This document shows positions 1-8,925 of a stretch of DNA of 64,000 bases, piece by piece. Position 1 is the stretch's first letter. Each line of letters begins with the position of its first letter. The DNA comes from Thermoproteota archaeon (GTDB lineage: Archaea > Korarchaeota > JAOZGF01 > JAOZFZ01): the NCBI GenBank assembly GCA_027492035.1, contig JAOZFT010000004.1, positions 416,001 through 480,000 of the forward strand, in the 5' to 3' direction. The translations under genes were made by a program, and so were the position numbers. The notes under the pieces were generated by a model that worked only from the letters and a program-made list of their open reading frames with translations, was not told the origin of the DNA and did no database searches.

Positions 1-287
1 AAAATATTAGCTATTTCTCTTGCAAAAAGTACGTTTATGACGGGTTTCGCAAGCTCTATATACCCAAAATGACCTGGACATTTCTCTATTGACCCACCGC
101 ATGTTCTACATAAATATCTAGGCTCCAAGACCCCTAGTCTTGGATCCATTACACCTGATTCAACAGGCAAGCCGTCAGTGTCATATGTTTTCGGCAAAAC
201 AATTTTTGTTGCAGCCATTTTTCTTATATCTGTGGGGCTCAATAAACTTAACTTCAGCGATTTTATGTGCCGCTTGTGCAAAATCAA
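1..287 (-). CDS. rpoA1: RNA polymerase subunit A' (N-terminal part, runs off window)
   Basis: Manual translation from TTG 287: ...LLSPTDIRKMA...GVMDPRLG...CRTCGGSIEKCPGHFGYIELAKPV; directly follows rpoB. Confidence 0.95.
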   Translation of the reverse strand, partial: MILHKRHIKSLKLSLLSPTDIRKMAATKIVLPKTYDTDGLPVESGVMDPRLGVLEPRYLCRTCGGSIEKCPGHFGYIELAKPVINVLFAREIANI

Positions 288-290
288 GTT

Positions 291-3200
291 TTACTCCCCC
301 TCTTCACTTTTAATTTGGGGTTTTAACCCTAAACTCATTATTTCTTGTAAAAACAGCTTGAAAGCGTATGATGTTTCAATTAATACAACATCTGCATCTT
401 TTCCATGGATTGGGCAAACAAATGACTTAGACTTCCTATCGTAATAACTCAGCATTCCGCATTTCTTGCAAACATAAATGTCGTACTTGTCTGAAGACTC
501 CTGCAACCTTTCTAACAGAGTTGCAGAGGCACCATGGCCGACGATAGCGTCTTTTTCCATTTCACCTATTCTTAAACCCCCCTCCCTAGCTTTTCCCTCT
601 GTTGGCTGCCGCACTAACATATTCACTGGACCTATTGCCCTAGCATGCATTTTATCTGCAACCATGTGGTAAAGACGCTGATAATAACTAATACCTATGA
701 ATATTTCAGCCTCCATTATTTCCCCTGTTTTTCCATTGTACATTACCTCTTTCCCTGTTGGTTTAAATCCTAACTTTTGGAGTTGTTTTCTTAATTCTTC
801 CTCTTTCTCTCCCTCGAAAGGGGTTGCATTCACTCTTTCTCCTCTTAAAGCACCTACTTTACCGGCTAAGATTTCAAGTAACTGGCCCACTGTCATTCTG
901 CTGGGTATGCTATGGGGGTTCATTATGATGTCTGGCGTTATTCCATCCTTTGTGAAAGGCATGTCTTCCTGGGGAACTATCAACCCTATGACTCCCTTTT
1001 GGCCATGTCTAGATGTGAATTTATCTCCTATTTCTGGGATCCTTAAATCCCTAACCTTTACCTTAACTATTCTGTTTCCTTCGTTATCAACTCCTATAAG
1101 TACTTTGTCAACATACCCTTTTTCCCCATATCTTAGCCTGACGGAAGCATCCTTTCTTTCCATCTCCCCCCCAAACCTTAACCGTGTATACGATGAAATA
1201 AATCTTGGAGGACTTGTTTTCCCTATCACTACTTCATCGTTTTCTAGATATATTTCAGGTTCAACTATTCCATCTTCTCCTATTTTATTATAGGCTTCAG
1301 GTGCAAATCTTCCCTTCACTTCTTCTCCGGGTATTTCTATTTTGTCCTCTTGCCCTCCAGCGTATCTTGCCTCAACAGTTTCATATCTTCGGTAAAAATA
1401 ACTTCTCCCAAGTCCTCTTTCAATTGCTGCTTTATTAATTATTAATGCATCATGCATGTTGTATCCTTCATAAGTTAACACTGCTACTACAAGGTTTTGA
1501 CCTGCAGGTCTTAAGTCGTAGTTTACAAGTTTCGAGATTTCTGTATAAACCATGGGGCGTTGAGGATAGAACAGAATGTAACTTCTGCTATCTACTCTCT
1601 CCCTGAAATTGGTCAAATATATCCCTAGCGCTTGCTTGACCATGTTAGCACCTATATTGTTTCTAGGGGCAGCATTGTATTCAATGAAAGGGATTATCCC
1701 TGCAGAAACACCGAAAATAGCACTTGGAGAAACTTCTAAATGTGTTGTTTCCTCTGTTACTTTATCTAAGGTTTCAGCGATTAAGGTCATTTCTTCTTCG
1801 TCAGCATCTAAAAATTCAAGAACTCCCTCTTTTGTCAGTGTTTCCCAGGTTATCTCTCCTTTCTTAAGTTTCTCAATATGTCTTTTTGTTAATTTAGGTT
1901 TTCCGTCTTCAACCACAATTAAAGGTCTTCTTGCTCTTCCTGGGTCGCAGTTTATTCTCACTTCCTCCCTGTCTTCGAAGTATACTGTATTGACTTCCTG
2001 TGAAACAAGGCCTTTCCTTCTTAATCTAATAATTCTTCTAACTAACTCAGTAGGTTGTTCAGTGTAGCCGATAAGTATATTATTAACGTAAACTCCTGCA
2101 TAATTTTCATTCCTTACCTTAACTCTTTCAAGAGGGATAACTCCAAGTTCATAACATTTTGATTTTACGCTTTCTGGGTTTGTACCAACTGACACCTGGC
2201 ATAAAATAGCCATGTTCTTAACTAATCCGCAATTCGGTCCTTCAGGCGTCTCAAAGACACAGATGCGACCGAAATTTGTTCCGTGAAGTGCTCTGGCTTC
2301 GAATTGGGGATAGCTTCTGCTGAGGGGAGAAACAACTCTTCTTATATTGGAGAGGGCGGCTAAATAATTTGCTCGTTCCAGTATCCTTGTTACACCAACT
2401 TGTGTACTGGTCCATTGGCCAGTTGCCATTGCACTCATTATTTTTGTCGTTATGATTGCTGGTTGAATTATTCTCTCAGTTTTTTCTTTCTCTATCTCTA
2501 CCTGCTTTAAAGGTAGTTTTTCAAGTTGATAAAGGATATCTTTTACCATAGATGCGAAAGCCATTCGGAAAAGGTTTTCCAGTCTAGGCCCTACCAGCAA
2601 CAGCCTTTTGTTTCCATAATGGTCCCTATCTATGGTTACAAATTTGCCTCTTTCGAAATTAATCATTTGTCTAATTATTTCCAACACAAATTTAGCCTTT
2701 TTTACTCTATCCTTAACCTCTACACCAACATCTGGCAAGAAATTCCGGTCTAAAGTTAATTCAGCTCTATTTATCCTTTGTTCTCTTGGATAAGCAGGAA
2801 CTATCCTTCTCCCTATATAATCTAAAGCTTCTTCTTGATCCATGACGCCGGCTTCCGAGGCTTCCTCAATGCTTGGGAGAAGCTCGATGGCATACATTTC
2901 ATCTGTACCTATCCCTTGAACTATTTCACGATCGCTTTTCAACCCTAAAGCTCTTAATAGAATAACAACTGGAATAGGGCCCCTCACTCCCAAGATATTA
3001 GTTAAGAACGTTCCATCTCTTTTCCTGTTTATTTCCAGTGAACTGTTAATTCCTTCTCTTCTGTAATACCTTTCAGCTTTAACCTTTTCCGATCCTTTAC
3101 TTTGGAAGTTTATCACTAATTGCCCTGGTGCCCTATCCTCCTGGGCAGGTATCACTCTCTCAGATCCATTAATTATGAAGTACCCTCCTGGATCTAAGGG

Positions 3201-3683
3201 GTCTTCTTTAAGTTTTATAAGTTCTTCCCTGCTTTTGTCTTTAAGCACACAGAGTTTTGATTTCACCATTATTGGGATATCGCATAAATGAATTTCCTTC
3301 CTTTCAGTAGGGGAACCGTCCACTAGTTTTATAACTTCCACATAAACAGGAGCTGTGTAAGTTAAGTTTCTTTCTCTGCACTCATGAGGAGTTATTGGAT
3401 GATAAGATCCATCTACTTCGACAAATTCAGGTTTACCTACTCTCACTTCTCCAAATTCCAAGGATAAATTTGTTGAAGAGGCTGTGATGCGTTTAGTTTG
3501 ATTCATAACCCTTTGGATTCCCTCTTCAACGAATCTATTATAGGAATCAAGTTGTTGCTTAACTAATCCTTGGCTTTTAACTAAGACTTCCATTAAAGTT
3601 CTCAAGTCCTCGTTATCAATTTCTCCACTACTCCCCCTTTTCATTTTTCCTTCTCCATTCTTTTTCATGGGAAAACTACTCAA
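291..3683 (-). CDS. rpoB: RNA polymerase subunit B (unsplit); true start may be ATG 3668 or 3644
   Basis: GYFIINGSER, ETPEGPNCGLVKN, GDKFTSRHGQKG, GGLRIGEME, C-terminal Zn ribbon. Confidence 0.98.
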   Translation of the reverse strand: MSSFPMKKNGEGKMKRGSSGEIDNEDLRTLMEVLVKSQGLVKQQLDSYNRFVEEGIQRVMNQTKRITASSTNLSLEFGEVRVGKPEFVEVDGSYHPITPHECRERNLTYTAPVYVEVIKLVDGSPTERKEIHLCDIPIMVKSKLCVLKDKSREELIKLKEDPLDPGGYFIINGSERVIPAQEDRAPGQLVINFQSKGSEKVKAERYYRREGINSSLEINRKRDGTFLTNILGVRGPIPVVILLRALGLKSDREIVQGIGTDEMYAIELLPSIEEASEAGVMDQEEALDYIGRRIVPAYPREQRINRAELTLDRNFLPDVGVEVKDRVKKAKFVLEIIRQMINFERGKFVTIDRDHYGNKRLLLVGPRLENLFRMAFASMVKDILYQLEKLPLKQVEIEKEKTERIIQPAIITTKIMSAMATGQWTSTQVGVTRILERANYLAALSNIRRVVSPLSRSYPQFEARALHGTNFGRICVFETPEGPNCGLVKNMAILCQVSVGTNPESVKSKCYELGVIPLERVKVRNENYAGVYVNNILIGYTEQPTELVRRIIRLRRKGLVSQEVNTVYFEDREEVRINCDPGRARRPLIVVEDGKPKLTKRHIEKLKKGEITWETLTKEGVLEFLDADEEEMTLIAETLDKVTEETTHLEVSPSAIFGVSAGIIPFIEYNAAPRNNIGANMVKQALGIYLTNFRERVDSRSYILFYPQRPMVYTEISKLVNYDLRPAGQNLVVAVLTYEGYNMHDALIINKAAIERGLGRSYFYRRYETVEARYAGGQEDKIEIPGEEVKGRFAPEAYNKIGEDGIVEPEIYLENDEVVIGKTSPPRFISSYTRLRFGGEMERKDASVRLRYGEKGYVDKVLIGVDNEGNRIVKVKVRDLRIPEIGDKFTSRHGQKGVIGLIVPQEDMPFTKDGITPDIIMNPHSIPSRMTVGQLLEILAGKVGALRGERVNATPFEGEKEEELRKQLQKLGFKPTGKEVMYNGKTGEIMEAEIFIGISYYQRLYHMVADKMHARAIGPVNMLVRQPTEGKAREGGLRIGEMEKDAIVGHGASATLLERLQESSDKYDIYVCKKCGMLSYYDRKSKSFVCPIHGKDADVVLIETSYAFKLFLQEIMSLGLKPQIKSEEGE

Positions 3684-3921
3684 TAACTACTCTATAAGAT
3701 ATTGCTTTTCCAGAAACAGGGCTTCGACGGGTAATTTTAATGATGTCTCCCTTCTTTACATTCATACCCCTCAAGGCAGGATCATCTACTCTTATTTTAG
3801 GCAATTTCTCTTTATCTGTATGAAATCTTTTAAGTACTTCTTTTGCTTCCCTTTCAGTAAGTACTTCATGTAAAGGAACAAGGACATGTTTAGAGATGAT
3901 GCTACTTTCCTTTTTCTTCAT
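3676..3921 (-). CDS. rpoH: RNA polymerase subunit H (Rpo5)
   Basis: HVLVPLHEVL...LPKIRVDDP...GDIIKITRRSP...YRVV; upstream of rpoB. Confidence 0.97.
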   Translation of the reverse strand: MKKKESSIISKHVLVPLHEVLTEREAKEVLKRFHTDKEKLPKIRVDDPALRGMNVKKGDIIKITRRSPVSGKAISYRVVIE

Positions 3922-3963
3922 TTTACACCCTTTTCTCTTACATCCTCTAAAACATATGGGAAA

Positions 3964-4054
3964 TGGGCCCGGCGGGATTTTCAGATTCCTCCCTTTGAAC
4001 CCGCGACACCCGGGTTAAAAGCCCGGTGCTCTAGCCTTGCTGAGCTACGGGCCC
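3964..4054 (-). tRNA. tRNA-Lys(UUU) with 16-nt T-loop intron (3978-3993, position 59/60)
   Basis: GGGCCCG acceptor stem, CCGGG-CTTTTAA-CCCGG anticodon arm; TTCAAA|intron|T with TTCA/TGAA central helix. Confidence 0.92.
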
Positions 4055-4118
4055 TAGCAAAGTATTCTCCTGCTCTTTTTTTTCTAGTTCATCGTAGTCA
4101 TTGAAAAATAGGAAAAAA

Positions 4119-4237
4119 TCCCGTCGGCAGGATTTGAACCTGCGAACCTGCCGGTTTCTGCATGGGCGACTGCTGTCGAAACCTCCTCCTCTAGAGGTTT
4201 CTACAGCCGGCCGCTCTACCAACTGAGCTACGACGGG
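4119..4237 (-). tRNA. tRNA-Tyr(GUA) with 45-nt intron at 37/38 (4156-4200)
   Basis: CCCGTCG/CGACGGG acceptor (C1-G72), GCCGG-CTGTAG|intron|A-CCGGC, CTGT/GCAG helix, GGTTCAAATCC T arm. Confidence 0.92.
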
Positions 4238-4344
4238 GCTGAATTTACCTCTATTCCACCTATTACTTTCACTTATTTTTCCCTTTATATTCTTATTCGA
4301 CTTGACTTTAAGGTAATGAATGTTTTTTTAAATTTTTCTCCATG

Positions 4345-5475
4345 TTACATAAGTTTTATATTCCTTTTTAAGGTTAGGTTTCTTGCCTGGATCCATTTGG
4401 CTAATTTATCCTTTATAATTACTTCTGTTTCTTTTAACTCCTTTATGCTTTTGCTTCCAGTCAAAAACATAACAGCTTTTAATTCATTTTTTAATTGTTC
4501 CATTTTTTTAATTACTTCCTCTCTTTTTAAGTTATATATCCATCTTAAAACAGGTAAAGCGGTGCCTGCTAGATCTGAACCTATAGCTAGAACCTTAGCT
4601 ATTTCTAAACCTGTTCTTATCCCTCCACTTCCAATTATTTCTATTTTATCCTTTACAGCTGATTTCACTTCAAGCAACGTCGCAGCTGTAGGTATTCCCC
4701 AGTCCCATAGGAGGGAACCTAATTGCTCTTTCTCCCTTTCTCCATGTAATGTAGCTCTTACTTTTTCTACTGCACTCCAACTTGTTCCACCTGCGCCGGA
4801 AATATCTATTGCACTGACTCCTGCTTTTAAAAGTTTTTCAGCTAATTCTTTAGTTATTCCTGCTCCTGTCTCCTTTATAATAACTGGAACAGGTGAATAG
4901 CTGCAAACTTCCTCTATTTTCTTAAGTGCATATTTAAAATTAAGGGATCCTTTCATTTGAAGAATTTCTTGTAAGGGGTTTAAGTGAATAGCTAAGGCAT
5001 CTGCCTCCACCATGTTAATGATTTCCTCTAATTCTTTACTGCCAAAGCCATTCAGAAACTGCGTTATCCCTATATTAGCCATTATAAAACTGTCTGGTGC
5101 CTCCCTTCTGATAACTTTGAAACTTTCTATATCTCCATTTTTTTCTAAAGCTGCTCTTTGGCTACCTACCCCTGCACCCACCCCGACCTCCTGGATTATT
5201 TCCCCTATTCTTGCGTTTATTTTCTTTGAGTAGGGATGTCCCCCAGTTATCCCTGTTATAACGAGTGGGAAACTGAATTTATAACCTAAAAAGGTTGTTT
5301 CTGTTTCTATTTCGTCGAAAGAAACTTCAGGCAGTGCTTGATGCAAAAACAGAACATCCTCTAGCCAAGTGGTTTTTTTTATTGCTTCAATATTGTACCC
5401 AACACATATTTGGAGATGTTCAAGTTTCCTGCTGGCTGTTTCAGATTCAAAAACTTTTTTTTCTGAAAAATTCAA
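4345..5475 (-). CDS. fni: Type 2 isopentenyl-diphosphate delta-isomerase
   Basis: RKLEHL, ITGITGG, GVGSQRAAL, HLNPLQE, KETGAG, GAGGTSW, SGGIRTGL. Confidence 0.96.
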   Translation of the reverse strand: MNFSEKKVFESETASRKLEHLQICVGYNIEAIKKTTWLEDVLFLHQALPEVSFDEIETETTFLGYKFSFPLVITGITGGHPYSKKINARIGEIIQEVGVGAGVGSQRAALEKNGDIESFKVIRREAPDSFIMANIGITQFLNGFGSKELEEIINMVEADALAIHLNPLQEILQMKGSLNFKYALKKIEEVCSYSPVPVIIKETGAGITKELAEKLLKAGVSAIDISGAGGTSWSAVEKVRATLHGEREKEQLGSLLWDWGIPTAATLLEVKSAVKDKIEIIGSGGIRTGLEIAKVLAIGSDLAGTALPVLRWIYNLKREEVIKKMEQLKNELKAVMFLTGSKSIKELKETEVIIKDKLAKWIQARNLTLKRNIKLM

Positions 5476-5510
5476 TTTTCCACCTTCCTTATCTCCTTTT
5501 AAAGCTTTAT

Positions 5511-6389
5511 TTAACTTATTTCAATGGCAGCATAACCCACTATTGCTTCTGGATTTCTTGATATTTCATAGGATGTGTAGTATTTCAGTAACTTAACTTC
5601 TTTATAATTAAGTTTTTCAGCTAAGTTAAGTAAAGCAGAGACAGGTGAATAGCCACACATGGTTGTTCCTGTTTCCATAACTGTAGTTAATAGTTTCTCA
5701 CCGTCTAAGTTGCGGATTATATTTATTAATTTCATATCGTTCTCTTTAATCCATTCTAGAATACTCTCTACATTTTCTGTTCCAGCTGGGCAATAGCCAT
5801 ACATTACACCATAATGGGTGAAATCAGAAGAGGCTATTACCGCAATTTCTTTTACCTCATCTTTCAAAACATCGGCTAAAGACTCAGCAAACTTTTTTAT
5901 TTTAGGGTATGAGGTTTCAGAAACTATTACAGGAACTATCTTCACTTCAGGGTTTACGTACTGCAGAAAAGGGAGCTGGACTTCAATGGAGTGCTCATAT
6001 AAATGTGGATTATTGCTAACCTTAGCAACTTCTACCTCCCCAACTATTTCTTCCCTTAACTCATTGTTAACTTCTATTTCACCTAAAGGTGTCTTCCAGT
6101 GGCTGAAGGAGTCTAAGAAAAACCCTCTATATCCTTCATGACTTGTGCCAAAAATTATTGCGGTATCAATATCTTCCTGCGTTGAAATAATTTTGTAAAC
6201 CCATGCTGCAGCAGGGCCTGAGTATACATAGCCTGCATGTGGAGTCACAAAACCAAAACTTTTCCTCCTCTTCTCAATTTTTGCACCCCTAGGTCCCAAG
6301 GACGAATTGAAACATTCTTCTATTGTTTCAATTAAAGTTTTTTTTGATGCGGGGTAGAAGCCGATGGCTATAGGCTGTCTTACTTTCAA
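5511..6389 (-). CDS. amrB: AmmeMemoRadiSAM protein B / MEMO1 family
   Basis: RQPIAIGFYP, PHAGYVYSG, EHSIEVQLPFLQ, ASSDFTHYG, TMCG, VGYA. Confidence 0.93.
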   Translation of the reverse strand: MKVRQPIAIGFYPASKKTLIETIEECFNSSLGPRGAKIEKRRKSFGFVTPHAGYVYSGPAAAWVYKIISTQEDIDTAIIFGTSHEGYRGFFLDSFSHWKTPLGEIEVNNELREEIVGEVEVAKVSNNPHLYEHSIEVQLPFLQYVNPEVKIVPVIVSETSYPKIKKFAESLADVLKDEVKEIAVIASSDFTHYGVMYGYCPAGTENVESILEWIKENDMKLINIIRNLDGEKLLTTVMETGTTMCGYSPVSALLNLAEKLNYKEVKLLKYYTSYEISRNPEAIVGYAAIEIS

Positions 6390-6477
6390 AATCTTCTCAT
6401 CTCTCTAGCTCTCTCGTTGAGGAGTTCCCCTCGGGAGGATGTGATCATGAGGGGTGAGAAATTTTAATTCTTCTTCT

Positions 6478-6660
6478 GTTGGGTAAGTTTGTGTAGGGCT
6501 GGGGTAGTCCAAAACCGCTCCTGTGGAGGCTGAAATCTCTACGGCCCGCCTTCCACACAGGTTGTAGAGAAGGAGTTCCACTTGCTGAAACCTCCATTGT
6601 GAATGGAGGAAAATCATGCTTGGTTGCTGAAGTAGAAAACCTTCTATGAAGGTTGGGTAA
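6478..6660 (+). ncRNA. Putative structured RNA of unknown class (alternatively an 86-aa minus-strand ORF, 6405-6665)
   Basis: Three hairpins each preceded by GCTGAA; G-U pairs favour the + strand; more GC-rich than typical intergenic DNA here. Confidence 0.35.
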
Positions 6661-6661
6661 T

Positions 6662-7294
6662 TCATACACTTACACCTACTTCTGTTTCAAAATCTTTGGC
6701 TGTTAAGTTAATCTCTCCATCGGGCGGTATCTCCCCTCTCTCCCTTAAAATTTGCCGCGCTAAAACCCAGTAAATTAATGCTAAAGATTTTCTGCCTTTG
6801 TTGTTAGCTGGAATTATGAAATCAACAAAAGTTGTTTGATTATTTGTGTCACAAAGGGCTATAACCATTATCCCTTCCTTAGCCGCTTCAATCATTACTC
6901 TTTTATCGAGTTTTGGATCTGAAATAAACACAACTTCTGGTTCTATGTAGTCCTCTGAAAGATAGTTAGTGAATTTTCCAGGTGGAGTTCTGCCAGCTAC
7001 AGCTTGGAAACCTGTTATTTCACTGAATTTCTTCACAGGTTTTAAAGCATAAATTCTGGAGGAAGTTACAAATACTTCTCCTGGTTTAAATCTTGCTAAA
7101 TATTTTGCAGCCACTCTAATTCTTTCATCTATCTTCCTTATATTTAAAACATAAAGGCCGTCTGGTCTTAAAGAGTAAATGAATTTTCGCATGGGTTTAG
7201 TAGCTATCTTTGTCCCTATATGTACCCCTGCCTTTAAATAAACACTTCTTTCCACTAAAAAGGTGTATCTTTCCTTTCTGCTTTCTGTAGGCAT
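6662..7294 (-). CDS. rps2: 30S ribosomal protein S2 (uS2)
   Basis: YLKAGVHIGT, RPDGLYVL, GRTPPGKFTN, ALCDT, IPANNKGRKSLA. Confidence 0.97.
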   Translation of the reverse strand: MPTESRKERYTFLVERSVYLKAGVHIGTKIATKPMRKFIYSLRPDGLYVLNIRKIDERIRVAAKYLARFKPGEVFVTSSRIYALKPVKKFSEITGFQAVAGRTPPGKFTNYLSEDYIEPEVVFISDPKLDKRVMIEAAKEGIMVIALCDTNNQTTFVDFIIPANNKGRKSLALIYWVLARQILRERGEIPPDGEINLTAKDFETEVGVSV

Positions 7295-7532
7295 TTATTC
7301 ACCTTCGTTTTCTTCTCTTTTTTCGTAGGCTAATATTTCATCTGCCAAGTCTAAATGTGTCAAAAACATCCTTCTGCAGCAGTATCTTTTTATTCCTAAT
7401 TCATCTAAGGCTTCTTTTTTACTTTTCCCTTGCTTAAGTAATTTAAGGTAATCCTCCCAAAGATGACCTATAAGTTTTCCACAGGTGAAGCACCTTCCGC
7501 GTCATTCAACATGACTTTACGGGTATATGCAT
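7295..7532 (-). CDS. rpoN: RNA polymerase subunit N (Rpo10), two exons: 7532-7517 and 7494-7295; 71 aa after splicing
   Basis: Spliced product [21 protein letters not shown]...LDELGIKRYCCRRMFLTH...; expected position between rps9 and rps2; absent from the ORF track because the intron carries a stop. Confidence 0.93.
7495..7516 (-). other. 22-nt BHB intron in rpoN mRNA
   Basis: CCGU-[AAA]-GUCAU-guuga-AUGAC-GCGG-[AAG]; cutting after bulge nt 2 joins GTA A|GG TGC (Val-Arg-Cys). Confidence 0.88.
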
Positions 7533-7548
7533 CCCTAAACCCCCTTTT

Positions 7549-7971
7549 TTATCTTTTCGATTTCTGGAACCTCGCTCTTGCTCCTCTCCCTCCGAATTTC
7601 TTGCTTTCTTTCAATCTTGCATCTTCAACTAACATAAACCTGTCATATTCTAAGAATTTATTTTTTAAGGTTTCTCTCGTTTTTTCATCCTTAATCCATT
7701 TAAGAAGAGCTCTTGAAATAGCTACTTGAACTGCTTCAGCTTGTCCCATGTAACCTCCCCCCTTGGCTTTAGCCTTTATGTCTATATTCTTTGTAATTTC
7801 CTCCCCAGCTAATAAAAGGGGCTCCATTATTTTCCATTTCGCAATTTCAGGTTGAAATATCTCAAGTGGGATATTGTTTATTTTTACCTTCCCTTTCCCT
7901 TTTTTAATCGTAACAGAAGCTCTTGCTGTCTTTCTTTTTGCACTTGCGAAAACAAATTCTCCGTTTACCAT
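7549..7971 (-). CDS. rps9: 30S ribosomal protein S9 (uS9)
   Basis: KRKTARA, GGGYMGQAEA, YDRFMLVED, KKFGGRGARARFQKS. Confidence 0.97.
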   Translation of the reverse strand: MVNGEFVFASAKRKTARASVTIKKGKGKVKINNIPLEIFQPEIAKWKIMEPLLLAGEEITKNIDIKAKAKGGGYMGQAEAVQVAISRALLKWIKDEKTRETLKNKFLEYDRFMLVEDARLKESKKFGGRGARARFQKSKR

Positions 7972-7974
7972 TCC

Positions 7975-8430
7975 TTAACTCATCCTCCAATCGCTCGTTA
8001 GCTCCGCTATCTCCCTTAAAGTTATCGTAGAACTTCTTACACTTAATTTTGAACTGGTTAATGAATCCACTTTCTCTTTTTTAACATTTTCAAGTTCTGC
8101 AGGTACCCCTAAAAAAACTCTTAACATTTTGTATGCCTGTCTCCCCTTCCCCTTTTTGTAAGGAAGCATTCCTCTAACTGTTCTCTTAAACAACCTATCT
8201 GGTCTTGCATAGTAAAATGGCCCTTTTCGAGGGTTAGCGAGGTTTTTTCTCCATTTCCTCTTTAAATACTCCCTTAAAACCTTTTGCCTCTTTCCACTCA
8301 CTACTATTTTTTCTGCATTAACTACAGCCACTTTTTTACCGTTTAACAACTTTTTTGCTACATATGAAGCCAATCTGCCCAGTATTGTTTGCTCTCCATC
8401 CAGTACAATGTCGAAATTCACTTTGTTCAC
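7975..8430 (-). CDS. rpl13: 50S ribosomal protein L13 (uL13)
   Basis: ILGRLASYVAKKLL, VVNAEKIVVSG, RTVRGMLPYK. Confidence 0.97.
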   Translation of the reverse strand: MNKVNFDIVLDGEQTILGRLASYVAKKLLNGKKVAVVNAEKIVVSGKRQKVLREYLKRKWRKNLANPRKGPFYYARPDRLFKRTVRGMLPYKKGKGRQAYKMLRVFLGVPAELENVKKEKVDSLTSSKLSVRSSTITLREIAELTSDWRMS

Positions 8431-8789
8431 CTTAAAATTTTAATATTTGATCCCTTAGGGTTTAATTCGGCAATTTCTGTCAGTTTTAAAGCTCTTCCTT
8501 TTGCCTCCACTATTTTCTCAACTGCCCTTTTTGAGAAGGAGTAAGCTGCTACATTCACTTCATGTTTCAGGGTTCCCCCACCAAGTACCTTACCAGGCAC
8601 TATCACATATTCTCCTTTACCAGTTAATCTATCTATTTTACTTAAGTTCACCACTATCCTCTTTCTTTTGCTCCTTGAAAGGAGTTCAGCTACTCTTCTC
8701 CAGATCTTAGCCTTTTCTTCCCTTGATTTCATTTTAAGGAATGTTATCAACTCTTTCAGTTCTTCACTGGCAGGTTCTTTCTTTACCAA
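8427..8789 (-). CDS. rpl18e: 50S ribosomal protein L18e (eL18)
   Basis: KIWRRVAELL, VNLSKI, VPGKVLGGG, AAYSFS, NPKGSNIKIL. Confidence 0.96.
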   Translation of the reverse strand: MVKKEPASEELKELITFLKMKSREEKAKIWRRVAELLSRSKRKRIVVNLSKIDRLTGKGEYVIVPGKVLGGGTLKHEVNVAAYSFSKRAVEKIVEAKGRALKLTEIAELNPKGSNIKILR

Positions 8790-8831
8790 TTTCAGTTCCT
8801 CCTCTAAGTTTTTAGGGGGAAGAGGCTAGGC

Positions 8832-8894
8832 GAGGCTCAGTTTTCCAGGTTCTCATCATTTTTTTCAAGCTCTGCGTAGGTACTTCACAGCCTC
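8832..8894 (-). ncRNA. Putative C/D-box guide sRNA
   Basis: GAGGC stem, degenerate C (GTGAAGT), guide, D' TTGA, C' ATGATGA, guide GAACCTGGAAAA, D CTGA, GCCTC stem. Confidence 0.6.
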
Positions 8895-8925
8895 CCCTTA
8901 CAATGAAGATTTTATAAAACCTTAC

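Noticed and set aside
6405-6670. RNase P RNA, SRP RNA or c-di-AMP riboswitch
   Set aside because: The P4 pseudoknot motifs, the SRP helix-8 GGAA/AGCAG motif and the riboswitch 3' motifs were not found on one strand
7295-7532. rpoN and glyA as frameshifted pseudogenes or assembly errors
   Set aside because: The inserts are self-complementary, form exact BHB motifs and restore the frame at the canonical cut sites; the exons show no other decay
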